Virus record (IMG/VR): IMGVR_UViG_3300048904_000123
Location: 960-64,959 of that record
DNA: 64,000 bases
Strand: one strand, 5' to 3'
Source of the DNA: a virus
Each line of letters begins with the position of its first letter. Position 1 is the stretch's first letter. Both the position numbers and the translations under genes were made by a program. Below are positions 24,567 through 34,297 of this stretch, piece after piece. The notes below the pieces were generated by a model that saw only the letters and a program-made list of their open reading frames with translations, did no database searches and was not told where the DNA came from.

Positions 24567-25723
24567 TGGACCCATACTCATTCAGCGCTACGTCGCTGCA
24601 GGTTCACGAGAAGTGTCCGGCCCGATACAAGGCTGAGTACATCGATCGGGGCGCAAACTTCCAGGGCACTGCGGCGAACGTCGGCATCGTGTGTCACGGA
24701 ACTCTCGAGGACTTCCTGCGTGCGGTGTTCATCCGCAAGGATAAGCCATGGGACGAGACGGTCTTCTGGGAATACTTTCACCAGCACTCGGACGCTGTGC
24801 TGGGGCCGGACCGGACGACCGAGCTGTACAAGGACGCACGCGACCTGTGCTTCAAGTGGTACCACACCAAGGGCCGCTACGAAGACCTGTCGAAGGTGAA
24901 GATCCTGTCCCTCGAATCCAAGAGCAAGTTCGAGATCAAGACGAGCCTGGGCATCAAGCCTGTCAACTACATCATGGACAGGCTGGATCAGATCGGCCCG
25001 GAAGAGTACCGCATCGTGGACTACAAGTCCAACCGGGTCGCGCTCAACGAGCGACAGCTTCGCAAGAAGCTTCAGGCCAGACTGTACTCGCTTATGGTGC
25101 AGATCAAGTACCCGAAGGCCGAGCGCATCTGGGTGCAGTTCGAGTTCCTCCGCCACGGGCAGGTCGAGGTGCTGTTCACGCGACAGGACAACATCGACAC
25201 CTATCGCGAGTTGCAGCGGCGAACCGAGGAGATCATCAACACCCCAGACAACCGGGTGCCCGAGGTGCTGAACGACGAGTGCGGATACTGTGTCCGCAAG
25301 GCTAGCTGCAAGAAGCTGCAGTCCAACATCGCGGTCGGCGGCGTATTCAGCAAGACGCCGGAGGAACTGGCGAAACTGCACTACACCCTGACGAGCCAGA
25401 GGAAGGCGCAGGAGATTGCGCTCAACGAGATCGAGGACCAGCTTCTTCAGTACGCACTCAAGGAGGAGCTGACCGAGTTCGACCTCGGCGAGACGCACGT
25501 AGACATCAAGCTGCCCGTGCGTCGCAGAGTCGATACCGACATGGCCGCGATCATTCTCGAGAACAACGGACTCATCAGCGAGTTCCGTCGGTTCTCGGTG
25601 ACTGATCTGGATCGGATCATCAAGCAGAAACTGATGCCGGAAGATCAGATCACGCTGCTCAAGCTGTGCCTCATCAAGGAGCACGGCGACCCGACAGTGA
25701 AGGTGGATCACAGTGGAAAGTGA
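24566..25723 (+). CDS. Cas4/RecB-like PD-(D/E)XK exonuclease
   Basis: SATSL...CP, G..CH..LE, MDRLD, IVDYKS, CGYC-x5-C; TAATG coupling. Confidence 0.85.
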   Translation: MDPYSFSATSLQVHEKCPARYKAEYIDRGANFQGTAANVGIVCHGTLEDFLRAVFIRKDKPWDETVFWEYFHQHSDAVLGPDRTTELYKDARDLCFKWYHTKGRYEDLSKVKILSLESKSKFEIKTSLGIKPVNYIMDRLDQIGPEEYRIVDYKSNRVALNERQLRKKLQARLYSLMVQIKYPKAERIWVQFEFLRHGQVEVLFTRQDNIDTYRELQRRTEEIINTPDNRVPEVLNDECGYCVRKASCKKLQSNIAVGGVFSKTPEELAKLHYTLTSQRKAQEIALNEIEDQLLQYALKEELTEFDLGETHVDIKLPVRRRVDTDMAAIILENNGLISEFRRFSVTDLDRIIKQKLMPEDQITLLKLCLIKEHGDPTVKVDHSGK

Positions 25724-25889
25724 AAACGCTCCGACGCCGGAACCCGCGGCGGATGACGACACCCAACGCCTACAGCAGCCTGTCAACGATCACGGTAGGC
25801 CGGTAGACGACGGCCCCGCACGGACGACGTACAACGCGGACCCCTCGACCACCGCGGTGGGACGAGCCAAGGTAACACACAGTTTCTAG
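25713..25889 (+). CDS. Possible 58-aa acidic protein
   Basis: GTG with GAAGGTGG SD; ends just before the terminator. Confidence 0.35.
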   Translation: MESENAPTPEPAADDDTQRLQQPVNDHGRPVDDGPARTTYNADPSTTAVGRAKVTHSF

Positions 25890-25897
25890 AAAGAGTT

Positions 25898-25930
25898 CGG
25901 CCCCGGCTCCTGAACCAGGAACCGGGGCCG
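25898..25930. terminator. Terminator between the convergent arms, probably bidirectional
   Basis: CGGCCCCGG...CCGGGGCCG stem with pyrimidine runs downstream on both strands. Confidence 0.75.
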
Positions 25931-25938
25931 TTCTCTCT

Positions 25939-26292
25939 TTACCCCTGCACGTCTACCTTGTCGCCAGCCTTCAGCATCTTGCGGCGCAAGAGCTGGACAC
26001 GAATCAGGATGAGGACCCGCCACGTAAGGACGATAGCGAGCAAGGGAAAGCCTATACCTCGAACCCATTCTCGCCCGGGGTACTGACCGAAGATCAGGGT
26101 AGCCGACCCGTGGTCGAGCAGCAACGCCACCACGACCATGAACGAGAAGATGTGCCAACCTGCTTCGGAGCGGTAGAACGGTGCGAGCAAGGGGTACAGC
26201 ACGATGAAGACTGTGGCTACAATGGCAGCGATGAAGAAGCTAGCCGAACCTATAGCGCCCAGAACTCCCGTGCCAAAAACACTCGCACCCAT
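25939..26292 (-). CDS. Lysis-cassette membrane protein (3 TM)
   Basis: Three hydrophobic helices, basic C-terminus, last gene of the late operon. Confidence 0.7.
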   Translation of the reverse strand: MGASVFGTGVLGAIGSASFFIAAIVATVFIVLYPLLAPFYRSEAGWHIFSFMVVVALLLDHGSATLIFGQYPGREWVRGIGFPLLAIVLTWRVLILIRVQLLRRKMLKAGDKVDVQG

Positions 26293-26519
26293 TACCCACC
26301 TTCCATTCCATCGTTCCAGATCTCCTGGAAGTGGTTCTCTTGTCGGATCTGCTTCAGCGTGTTAGCTATCAGAGATCCATGCTGCTTCTGCACTCGTACG
26401 TGGCCTAGTGCATTCTTAGCTTCAGCCAGTGCTTCGGCAGCCTCGTCTATTTTCTGTGACTCTACTATCGGGTCAGACGAGGTTGCTGTCGAATCGCGCC
26501 TTAAGAAAAAGCGCATCAT
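26292..26519 (-). CDS. Small lysis-cassette helical protein
   Basis: Coupled at both ends. Confidence 0.65.
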   Translation of the reverse strand: MMRFFLRRDSTATSSDPIVESQKIDEAAEALAEAKNALGHVRVQKQHGSLIANTLKQIRQENHFQEIWNDGMEGG

Positions 26520-26839
26520 GAACCACCTCGCCGCGATTGCCCCCGCGGAACAGAGGAGAGCAGCTTGATTAGGGTTCTACCCTGTTCCAACTGCTCCTCC
26601 CGATTCTCTACCGCTTCTTGTGCCGTGAGCTGCCATGTCTGCGAAGCCGTCTGCCAAGTGTCGGCACGTTTCTCCGCTTTGTCAATCTGATCCGTGAGGA
26701 TCTTTATCTCGCGCTCATGACTCTTCCTCGGCACCAATCTGCCAGACACGAGCGCGAGATAAACAATCGCTACCACGAGGATGAGCAGGCCCCACGGTCC
26801 AAGGTCGGTCAAATCCTTTGGAGATAGACCGTCGAGCAC
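26516..26839 (-). CDS. Holin-like single-TM plus coiled-coil protein
   Basis: GPWGLLILVVAIVYLALVSGRLVP followed by a coiled coil; directly after the endolysin. Confidence 0.6.
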   Translation of the reverse strand: MLDGLSPKDLTDLGPWGLLILVVAIVYLALVSGRLVPRKSHEREIKILTDQIDKAEKRADTWQTASQTWQLTAQEAVENREEQLEQGRTLIKLLSSVPRGQSRRGGS

Positions 26840-26862
26840 TGCTCCCCCTGGTTGTCGAACAG

Positions 26863-27975
26863 CTATGCGGTCGGCGCAGCCGGAGTCTGCGTGCGATCGA
26901 GGCGACCCCCGAGGGCGTCAACAACACCCTCGGCCAGGTCGGCCGGGATGGCGCTGGCGATTGCCGCCGGAGTCAGTCCCGCCGCGACGATTGCCTGCCC
27001 GAGAACGTCCGTGGTGAGGCCGGCGAGAATCCCGTCGACGATCTCCTTCGGGTCCACGTCGCCCTTGCTGGCGAGGGCCGCGATGGTCTTGCTCTGGGCC
27101 GCGACCGCCGACTGAAGTGCTGTCAGCGAGTTGTTCATGTTCTTGATGAACGTCTTCGGCGCGAGGTAGGCGTTCGGAGAACCGTCCGCGTTCTTGGAGC
27201 CGGCCGGGGCCTCGATAATGCCGTCGGTGTTCCAGTTCGCCTTGGCGATGTCTCGCAGGTTTGCGGCTGTCAGATCCATATCTTCCTCCGTGTCGGGTGC
27301 AGCGGAGCTGCTCCACCCAGGCGCAACGAGCGCCGTCAGCTGCGCGAGCGTACCCTTGAAGGCGTTCGCGTCGCTGGTCGTCTGACCAGCGATCTTGGAT
27401 GAACTGGTGAACTGCAGGATGGCGGGCGTCTGTCCGCTGTATGCGTCCCACTTGGACGACGAGTCGCCCGGGTACAGCTTAGATGCTGCGCCATCGCCGG
27501 ACACGTACGCGCTCGCCCACAGCGGGTATCCCAGACCAGACAGGCTGTTCTGGTAAACCCAGCGGGGCGCGTACACGATCGGCCGAAGTTTGGGTGCACG
27601 CTTGCGAAGCTGATCGCAGAAGGCTTTGATGTCAGCCTTGCCGGGTACCGTGGCCGAGTTGTTGTTCCACTTTTCGCAGTCGACCTGCAGGATGAACGGC
27701 GTGTCGCCCCACCCCTTGCAGATGGCGTCGAGCCGATCACAGAACGCGTTGGCTCGAGCGACCGGGTTGCCCGGGTACAGGACCCAGTATGCGCCCAGCA
27801 GGAGCTTGTCGCGGTGGCCCTTGAACTCGTTCCACCACGCGTCGAGTTCTGCGTCGTTGCCGTCGCCGCCCGCCTTGTGCGTCACGAAGGAAAAGCCCTC
27901 CGCGATCACCTTCTCGGCGGTGTCCGACTTGACATCGTCGTAGTGAGACATGTCCCAGCCGTAGATGGTGGTCAC
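26863..27975 (-). CDS. Endolysin, GH25-type muramidase
   Basis: GWDMSHY, LLGAYW, LQVDCE, PIVY, YPLWASAY, ILQFT, DANAF. Confidence 0.85.
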   Translation of the reverse strand: MTTIYGWDMSHYDDVKSDTAEKVIAEGFSFVTHKAGGDGNDAELDAWWNEFKGHRDKLLLGAYWVLYPGNPVARANAFCDRLDAICKGWGDTPFILQVDCEKWNNNSATVPGKADIKAFCDQLRKRAPKLRPIVYAPRWVYQNSLSGLGYPLWASAYVSGDGAASKLYPGDSSSKWDAYSGQTPAILQFTSSSKIAGQTTSDANAFKGTLAQLTALVAPGWSSSAAPDTEEDMDLTAANLRDIAKANWNTDGIIEAPAGSKNADGSPNAYLAPKTFIKNMNNSLTALQSAVAAQSKTIAALASKGDVDPKEIVDGILAGLTTDVLGQAIVAAGLTPAAIASAIPADLAEGVVDALGGRLDRTQTPAAPTA

Positions 27976-28307
27976 GCCGGGCCACCCTTGGCTGCGTCTT
28001 CGATGGTGGCAGCAGGAGTCGAATCGAGGACGACGGCGTCGCCGGACTTGACAGTGCCGGGGTCGTTGATCGGGTCGGGAACGACAACCGCGACCTTGGC
28101 GTTGGCCGTGACGCTACCGCGAGTCCAGAGGGCCTGGATGACGGGGAGGATCACGACGAGTACTGCGATGATGCTGTCGGGGATGTTCGGTGCAATCTTG
28201 ATTCCGATCGCTGCAAGCAGAGTCACCACTGCAAGCAGGATGCCCCGCAACGTTGCGGGCTCAAGGTTCACCAACTTCCACCAGACGTTGTCCCTCGGAT
28301 CTTTCAT
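27972..28307 (-). CDS. Holin
   Basis: Two TM helices (LRGILLAVVTLLAAIGI; IIAVLVVILPVIQALW); coupled to the endolysin; SD fits ATG 28307. Confidence 0.7.
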   Translation of the reverse strand: MKDPRDNVWWKLVNLEPATLRGILLAVVTLLAAIGIKIAPNIPDSIIAVLVVILPVIQALWTRGSVTANAKVAVVVPDPINDPGTVKSGDAVVLDSTPAATIEDAAKGGPA

Positions 28308-28399
28308 GGGTTTCATCTCCCTTGTTGGAGGTTGCCCTACTTCGACACAATAGCGCATAGCTATCGGATCGTCAAACCAACACTGCTTGCGAAACGCGA

Positions 28400-30370
28400 C
28401 TACGTGATCAAGGGCCACTGGTATGCGTACTTGGAAGACGGTCCGACCTCAGTGATCGTCATGGTCGTTGCATCGTTTCCTGTACCAGCGTACCTATTCC
28501 AGGTGGTAGTGTTTGCGCCAGTAGCAAGACCGCAGAGGACGGAAGTCGTCACAATGTCAGCAGTCGTATCATTAACGATGTAGGTATAGAAGTTAAGCAA
28601 GTTTACTGACGCTCCTCCAATGATTGGAGTACGCTGCGCCGTGAAAATAAGCGCACCAGCAGCCGTTGTTCCCTTTCTAAGACGCCACAGTACGGCCTGT
28701 GTAGTTGAGCTTGAGATCCCCCCCTTGATCTCAAACCTGTAAGCCGTCTTTTTCTTAAAGCGGAACGAGTCGAAATACATTGTTTCCGTCTCGTCACCAC
28801 CGACAAGACCGTTATGCGGAGAAGTATAAGCTACTGCAGTGTATGTCGTCTTGTCATCCAGCCAGCGGGCAGCCTCAGGGCTGCAGATAAAGATGTCCGA
28901 CCGCTCACCCTGTGCCGTGAAAGTCCTGGCAGCAATCGGCACTGCCCACTCGGGCAGACCAAAGGCGTGCGTCGATGCCGGATATGTCTTGCTGTCCACG
29001 ATAAAGAACTGGGTGTTGGCGCTCATCCACGTGGTTGCGCCGCCCGTCCCGATGCCAGGCACGAGTCCGTAGTACAACGTCTCGCCCGGCTTGAGCGGAA
29101 TGCCTCCACTCGTGCCGCGAATCTGCGTCGAGAAGTCTGCAGTGTTTGCCGGGAAGACAGCAACGTTGCTCGGCATAGGCACGTTCAGCGTACCTGCAGG
29201 CAAAGCGTTGTAGTGCGCGCCAATGCCAGTAAAGACTAGGTTGCCTTCCCAGCTAAAGTTGGTTCCATCCCAGGCAAGCTGACCACTCGTTCGCCATGTC
29301 CACGAGATGTCGTTTGCCGCTCGCAGTGGGCTACTCCGCCACGAGCCCGACGACCATTCACCGTTCTGGTAGTACGTTCCCCAAGGGAATGCTGAGTACT
29401 CGTCTCGCTCCGTCCAGCCGAGTCCAGCGTTGTTGAACCCCACCCAACCTTGCATGGGCTCGATGGTATCCTGCTTGATAGCGACCATGCGACCAGTCGA
29501 CGGGTCACCGACGTTGAAGGCAGAGCCGTACGTCGTGACCGACATCAGGTACGTTGTGCTAGCTGCCGTCGACTGAATGGGTACGATGCGGAACCAGAAC
29601 TCGATTGGCGCACGGATGCCAGTCTTGACCAGTGCCACATCGATAGCCAGCTCGGCGTCCGGGTTACGGGACAGATTCGTCTGCGGAAGCAACCGCATCC
29701 AGAATGCCTTGTTCCCCTCGTCGCCCTCGAGGTCAACAACCATGGCGTCCGAGATACTGAAACTGTACTTGCGACAGTTCTTGTTCCACGTCACCACGAG
29801 GTCGATGATGCCGTCGATCTGCGAACCGCCGCTTGCTCCTGCCCACGGACCAACCAGCATACCGGAGCCGACGGGCAAGCTGGGTGCCGCAAGCTTGACG
29901 TTGATGCGTCGCTCGTAGATGTCACTGACGGGCGGACCAGTCTGCGGACCCTCGGCTGTGGCATTGAACGCCAGGTTACTCAGACCAGCGACCTGCTGGT
30001 TGAGCGTGTACTCGCCACCGCTCAGGATGCGAGTGATGTACGGCTGGCCGCGGAAGTTCTCCACGTATACGAGACCACCAGGTCCAATAGTGCTGGTCTC
30101 GACCAGCGTAACTGTGCGATAGTCGCCCAAGTCCTTCGGGATCGAGCCAGGAAAGATGCCCACCTCGATCGGACCGTCATCGCCGGTGAACCATACGCTC
30201 GCACGAAGGCGAGCGATGTCCACGTTCATGACTCGTCCGACGTTAGGGTTCGTGCCCTTCGCGTCTACTGTGTTGGATGCGACCTGTCGGAACACATCCC
30301 TCACACGCATGGCAACACGGGGGTCTGCGAAGTCCAGACCCGCCGTGCTGCTGCTGTCAACATCTGCCAT
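28400..30370 (-). CDS. Minor tail / receptor-binding protein
   Basis: Last tail gene; beta-rich, W/G/T-rich C-terminal half. Confidence 0.7.
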   Translation of the reverse strand: MADVDSSSTAGLDFADPRVAMRVRDVFRQVASNTVDAKGTNPNVGRVMNVDIARLRASVWFTGDDGPIEVGIFPGSIPKDLGDYRTVTLVETSTIGPGGLVYVENFRGQPYITRILSGGEYTLNQQVAGLSNLAFNATAEGPQTGPPVSDIYERRINVKLAAPSLPVGSGMLVGPWAGASGGSQIDGIIDLVVTWNKNCRKYSFSISDAMVVDLEGDEGNKAFWMRLLPQTNLSRNPDAELAIDVALVKTGIRAPIEFWFRIVPIQSTAASTTYLMSVTTYGSAFNVGDPSTGRMVAIKQDTIEPMQGWVGFNNAGLGWTERDEYSAFPWGTYYQNGEWSSGSWRSSPLRAANDISWTWRTSGQLAWDGTNFSWEGNLVFTGIGAHYNALPAGTLNVPMPSNVAVFPANTADFSTQIRGTSGGIPLKPGETLYYGLVPGIGTGGATTWMSANTQFFIVDSKTYPASTHAFGLPEWAVPIAARTFTAQGERSDIFICSPEAARWLDDKTTYTAVAYTSPHNGLVGGDETETMYFDSFRFKKKTAYRFEIKGGISSSTTQAVLWRLRKGTTAAGALIFTAQRTPIIGGASVNLLNFYTYIVNDTTADIVTTSVLCGLATGANTTTWNRYAGTGNDATTMTITEVGPSSKYAYQWPLIT

Positions 30371-33300
30371 TACGAGAACTCCGTTGCACTCTTTGTGCCC
30401 ACCACTGTGACGCGGCGAGCTGTCCCAGACATTGGCCCAAGGTCCATCGGGATCGTGAAGCTACTGAGCAGGAACCGGTTCGGTGTATACAGGTCGTCGG
30501 TCGGCTGCCTGATCTCCACGATCTGACTTGCATCCAGGAAGGGTAGAACCAGCGATTCGAAGTTAACCGAATACTCTTCGAGTGAACTGATACGTAGCTG
30601 CGTGTCCGCGTAGTCCTGCGCCTGATCTACGGTGGTAAACAGGTCAGACTCGTACGTCTGGACGCGGTCACCCATTCGACTGATCCGCGTGGGCGAGCCT
30701 TCCAGGGTGTTCAACGCTTCGGCGAATACAATCTGACTTACCGAGTTGCCAGTCACGGCACCACCCAGTTCGTCAGGTTCTCCACCAATCGTTGAACCAG
30801 TTACAATGATGTGGTTGAAGATAAGCGAGTCATTGCTCGACTTGCTGTAGCTAACCAGCGAGCCGCCGCCATCCGTGCTGAACGACCACGCGAGCGGATC
30901 GGTAGAAGGGTCAGGGTAGGGCTGCATTGTGAGGCGTCCGTCTCCCCGGAAGAACACTTCGTATCCGATCGAGTCAGCGATCTGCTGCATCACTTCCCAT
31001 CGCTCGGTACCACGGGTGAAGACCAGATCCTTTGTGTACGCTTGTCCCGTTGCTGGCATAGCGAACTTGGTCACACCTGCGTTAGCCGCCAGTGCGATAA
31101 TGATGTCTTCAACCTTGGTGCCGATCGGGAAGCTCAGCGTGTTCGACAGTTTTGAGACGATGCACTTCTTTGCATAGTCTCGACCGGTAACCTTGACCTC
31201 GTTCGGGAAGCGATCCGAGTCGATGCGGTCGATCATGAACTCGCCGAGCTGAGTCTCCCAGCGCTTCCACATGCCTGCCGTCTCGTCATAGTACCTGATA
31301 CCCCACATGCACTTCAGTATCTTGTCGAACCAGAAGCCATCGTTAGGCTCATCGTTCAGGCGTCGGTCCGTGTTGTCGAGCGTGAACTCGCAGATCCGCT
31401 TCTCGTCACGCTCTCGGTCGACAGTCACCGAGCCGGTGATCAGTCTGGCGTCCCAGTTGGGAATGTCAAACTTTGTCAAGCCGTCCGCTTCGTAGATCTC
31501 CACTCGCCGGTAGATACGAACCAGACCGCCTGTCAATTCCTTTACGACGCGGTCGATCGGATAGCCGAGCGATGGGAGCACGGGCTCGAGCTGGTCAACC
31601 CTTGGCGGTATATTGAACGCGGCGATGGCTAGGCTGTCGGCTGGCGCCTCCGAGCTAAGCACTGCCCACTGGAAGGTGGATGTCTTTGTCGTAGTAGAGA
31701 ACGACTGCCAGCGAATGTCTGATGTAACCTGGACCTGGCCAGTCACAGACCAGCGTAGATCCGAGTTGATCGAGACACTACTGTTCACACCCCAGCGGAG
31801 ATCAGAGTTCACGGACACGGAGCCCGCACTCGTCCACCGCAGATCACTGTTAACCGTCACCTGGTTGTAGCTCAACCAGCGCAGATCAGAGTTAACGGTT
31901 ACAGTAGATTGCACTGCCCAGCGTAGATCGCTGTTCTTTGAAACTGCACTTGCTACCGTCCAGCGAAGATCACTGTTGACGGATACCGATCCAGCGCTCG
32001 TCCACCGAAGATCGCTGTTGACAGCAACCTGCGAGTAACTTATCCATCGAAGATCGCTGTTGACAGCAACCTGCTGCGACACCGACCAGCGTAGATCTGA
32101 ACTCTTCGAGACCGCGTTGTATGACAACCAACGTAGATCAGAGTTAACAGATATCGTGCTGGCTACAGTCCACCTGAGATCCGAGCTGACCGACACCGAA
32201 CCTGCACTGCTCCACCGCAGGTCAGAGTTAACTGATACCTGCTGCGATACAGACCAGCGTAGATCGCACGACTTAGATACGGAACTGTACACCGCCCAGC
32301 GAAGATCGCTGTTCGCGCTAACCTGCTGCGACACCGACCAGCGCAGGTCGCTGCTAACAGGAACCTGCTGCAACACAGCCCAGCGAAGATCACTGCTAGT
32401 GGAGACTGTACTGTTGACACCCCACCGCAGGTCACTGCTCTTTGCGACAGTAGTTACCGCAGTGTTGTAGTTGTCAACAGCCGAGATGTTGTTCGTACCA
32501 GCGTCGCGGTGCGTCTCAAAGTTCGTGACGATGTTCGGGCTGGAGTTCAGCCACGTGGGTTTCGCCAGCGTACGCTGAGTCGTCCAGGTCGCACCGTCCG
32601 GGCTGCTCTGAAACAGAACGTTGGTTCCACTGATAATAATCTGGAACCATGCGTGCGTTACAGAGTTATACGTGATCGACGTGGCCGATGCGTCGAAGTA
32701 CGCAGTCTGGTTTGAACAGTAAAACACACCGTTCAAGATATCGATATAGATTCCGAGCTGCGTACCAGCCGGCTTCGACTGGTCGTACACCATCATTTGC
32801 AGGTAGCACTCGGTGCTGGCTCCGTTAGATGCGCCCGGGATCAGGCGAGCGTACACGCTGTCGAACTTCGTGTACGTCTTGCTTGTCAGGCCGGTGTACG
32901 TGGTGCTGGTGGTGAACTGCATCTGCTGCGAAGCCTCAGACGCAAGACCATAGCTTGACCACTTGGTCGTGTCGAGACTGTTGTCATTGAAGTCATCCGA
33001 CACGGAGCTGGACAGCTTGGTTGCAACTTCGCGCAGCACGGTGGCGGACATGACGCCAGAGCTGCTACCGGTACAGGTGAAACCAACTGTTAGTGCGTTG
33101 GTAGTAGCACCAGCACTTACGACAGCACCAAAGGTGTACGTCGTCGTCTGGTTGCCCGAGCTGTTACCGAGGCGGCTCCATGCAGTGACCGTGCCGAACG
33201 TCTCACTCGTGGCCGAGAGAGTCGGCGAAGTAATCGCCGTAGTGAAGTCTGTGTTCAGTGCAATGCCGACGTGCATCATGTCGCCGACAGCAAGTGCCTG

Positions 33301-33735
33301 CGTCCAGGTACCAGTCACGGCAGTGTAGTTCGTGCCGTTTGTGGTATCTGAAGCACTAGCGCTGAACGGAAGAGCCCAGCTGCCCACGGTGCCAGAGAAC
33401 ACGTCCATGACGCCGCTCAGTGCAGCGCCGGTGCCACCGGTACTTGTGATGGTTACTGAACCGGTCTCGGTCCCATCGAGGATTCGATAGAACTTGGCAA
33501 CTGCAGTTGGTCCAGTATCCGCTGCATTCGTTCCGGTACCACCGTTTGCTGCTGAACCAGATACGGCCGCCCACCCAGCAGGTGCAGTGAATGTGGCAGT
33601 ACTTGGCTTAGCGCTTACTGTGATGATAGCGAGACGACCAGCTACGACGCCCACGTAAGGGACGTTGTAGCTGGTCGTACCACCTGCCACAGTCGCAGTC
33701 GTGACACCGGTCGATGCGGCAAGTGTAATAGTCAC
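30370..33735 (-). CDS. Minor tail protein: beta-rich N-terminal domains, 14-aa repeat stalk, C-terminal hub-like domain
   Basis: Position in tail module; SDLRW repeats; C-terminal Tal/hub-like features (RWEVMQQIADSIG, F.GDG). Confidence 0.75.
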   Translation of the reverse strand: MTITLAASTGVTTATVAGGTTSYNVPYVGVVAGRLAIITVSAKPSTATFTAPAGWAAVSGSAANGGTGTNAADTGPTAVAKFYRILDGTETGSVTITSTGGTGAALSGVMDVFSGTVGSWALPFSASASDTTNGTNYTAVTGTWTQALAVGDMMHVGIALNTDFTTAITSPTLSATSETFGTVTAWSRLGNSSGNQTTTYTFGAVVSAGATTNALTVGFTCTGSSSGVMSATVLREVATKLSSSVSDDFNDNSLDTTKWSSYGLASEASQQMQFTTSTTYTGLTSKTYTKFDSVYARLIPGASNGASTECYLQMMVYDQSKPAGTQLGIYIDILNGVFYCSNQTAYFDASATSITYNSVTHAWFQIIISGTNVLFQSSPDGATWTTQRTLAKPTWLNSSPNIVTNFETHRDAGTNNISAVDNYNTAVTTVAKSSDLRWGVNSTVSTSSDLRWAVLQQVPVSSDLRWSVSQQVSANSDLRWAVYSSVSKSCDLRWSVSQQVSVNSDLRWSSAGSVSVSSDLRWTVASTISVNSDLRWLSYNAVSKSSDLRWSVSQQVAVNSDLRWISYSQVAVNSDLRWTSAGSVSVNSDLRWTVASAVSKNSDLRWAVQSTVTVNSDLRWLSYNQVTVNSDLRWTSAGSVSVNSDLRWGVNSSVSINSDLRWSVTGQVQVTSDIRWQSFSTTTKTSTFQWAVLSSEAPADSLAIAAFNIPPRVDQLEPVLPSLGYPIDRVVKELTGGLVRIYRRVEIYEADGLTKFDIPNWDARLITGSVTVDRERDEKRICEFTLDNTDRRLNDEPNDGFWFDKILKCMWGIRYYDETAGMWKRWETQLGEFMIDRIDSDRFPNEVKVTGRDYAKKCIVSKLSNTLSFPIGTKVEDIIIALAANAGVTKFAMPATGQAYTKDLVFTRGTERWEVMQQIADSIGYEVFFRGDGRLTMQPYPDPSTDPLAWSFSTDGGGSLVSYSKSSNDSLIFNHIIVTGSTIGGEPDELGGAVTGNSVSQIVFAEALNTLEGSPTRISRMGDRVQTYESDLFTTVDQAQDYADTQLRISSLEEYSVNFESLVLPFLDASQIVEIRQPTDDLYTPNRFLLSSFTIPMDLGPMSGTARRVTVVGTKSATEFS
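31665..32451 (-). repeat. Coding tandem repeat with 42-nt / 14-aa period
   Basis: 17 DLRW copies, one DIRW and one degenerate TFQW, counted from the translation. Confidence 0.95.
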
Positions 33736-33758
33736 GCCGACCGCCTATCTGGTAATGA

Positions 33759-34289
33759 CTACGGGAGGGTGTCGCCGGTGTAGGTGAGAACCACGCCGTC
33801 CGGGTTGAGTGCGGTTGCGCCTGCGGTCACGACTCGCTTGAGCCAGATCGCCTGCACCGTACCAGGTGCCATATTACCGATCGTCAGAGGACCGTTGCCG
33901 AAGGTGCCGACACCAGTCGGTGCCGTGGTCTCCGAGGCGATGGTCGCCGACTGTGCGGATGCACTCGCCAGCGCCGTGACACCAAGGTTGTCCAGTGCGA
34001 TGGTGATCGTGCCGCCACCTGCGGTCTGGCTTGCAATGGTGACCTGCACGTTCGACCAGGTCAACGAGGCGTGGTTGTTGTGGACAAAGTAGCAGCGGTA
34101 GTCGGTCATGCCCGCCGCTGCTTCGGAACCACTCACCGGGTCGAACAGGTTGCTGAGCGTGGCGTCAGTGACCGCCGTGGTGGAGACGTACTTGCCGAGG
34201 CTCGTCGCCGGGGTGCCCGCGGTGCTGTTACCCGCCGAGCCGGACGGCGTGCTGAGCTTCAGCAGGATGTCAGATGCTGCGATTGCCAT
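33759..34289 (-). CDS. Virion structural / minor tail protein
   Basis: NLFDPVSGSE...G..DYRCYFV.N motif; tail-module position. Confidence 0.65.
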   Translation of the reverse strand: MAIAASDILLKLSTPSGSAGNSTAGTPATSLGKYVSTTAVTDATLSNLFDPVSGSEAAAGMTDYRCYFVHNNHASLTWSNVQVTIASQTAGGGTITIALDNLGVTALASASAQSATIASETTAPTGVGTFGNGPLTIGNMAPGTVQAIWLKRVVTAGATALNPDGVVLTYTGDTLP

Positions 34290-34297
34290 GGGACTCC

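Noticed and set aside
24566-25723. Cas4-like gene as part of a CRISPR system
   Set aside because: No repeat-spacer array or other cas genes seen; solo Cas4/RecB-like nucleases are common in phages
28307-28316. Holin dual-start motif (MKPMK)
   Set aside because: The SD (AAGGGAG) abuts the first ATG and is properly spaced only for the second, so an antiholin isoform is unsupported
31665-32451. 42-nt repeats as a CRISPR array or DGR template/variable repeat
   Set aside because: In-frame coding repeats with synonymous variation, no unique spacers, and no reverse transcriptase in the window
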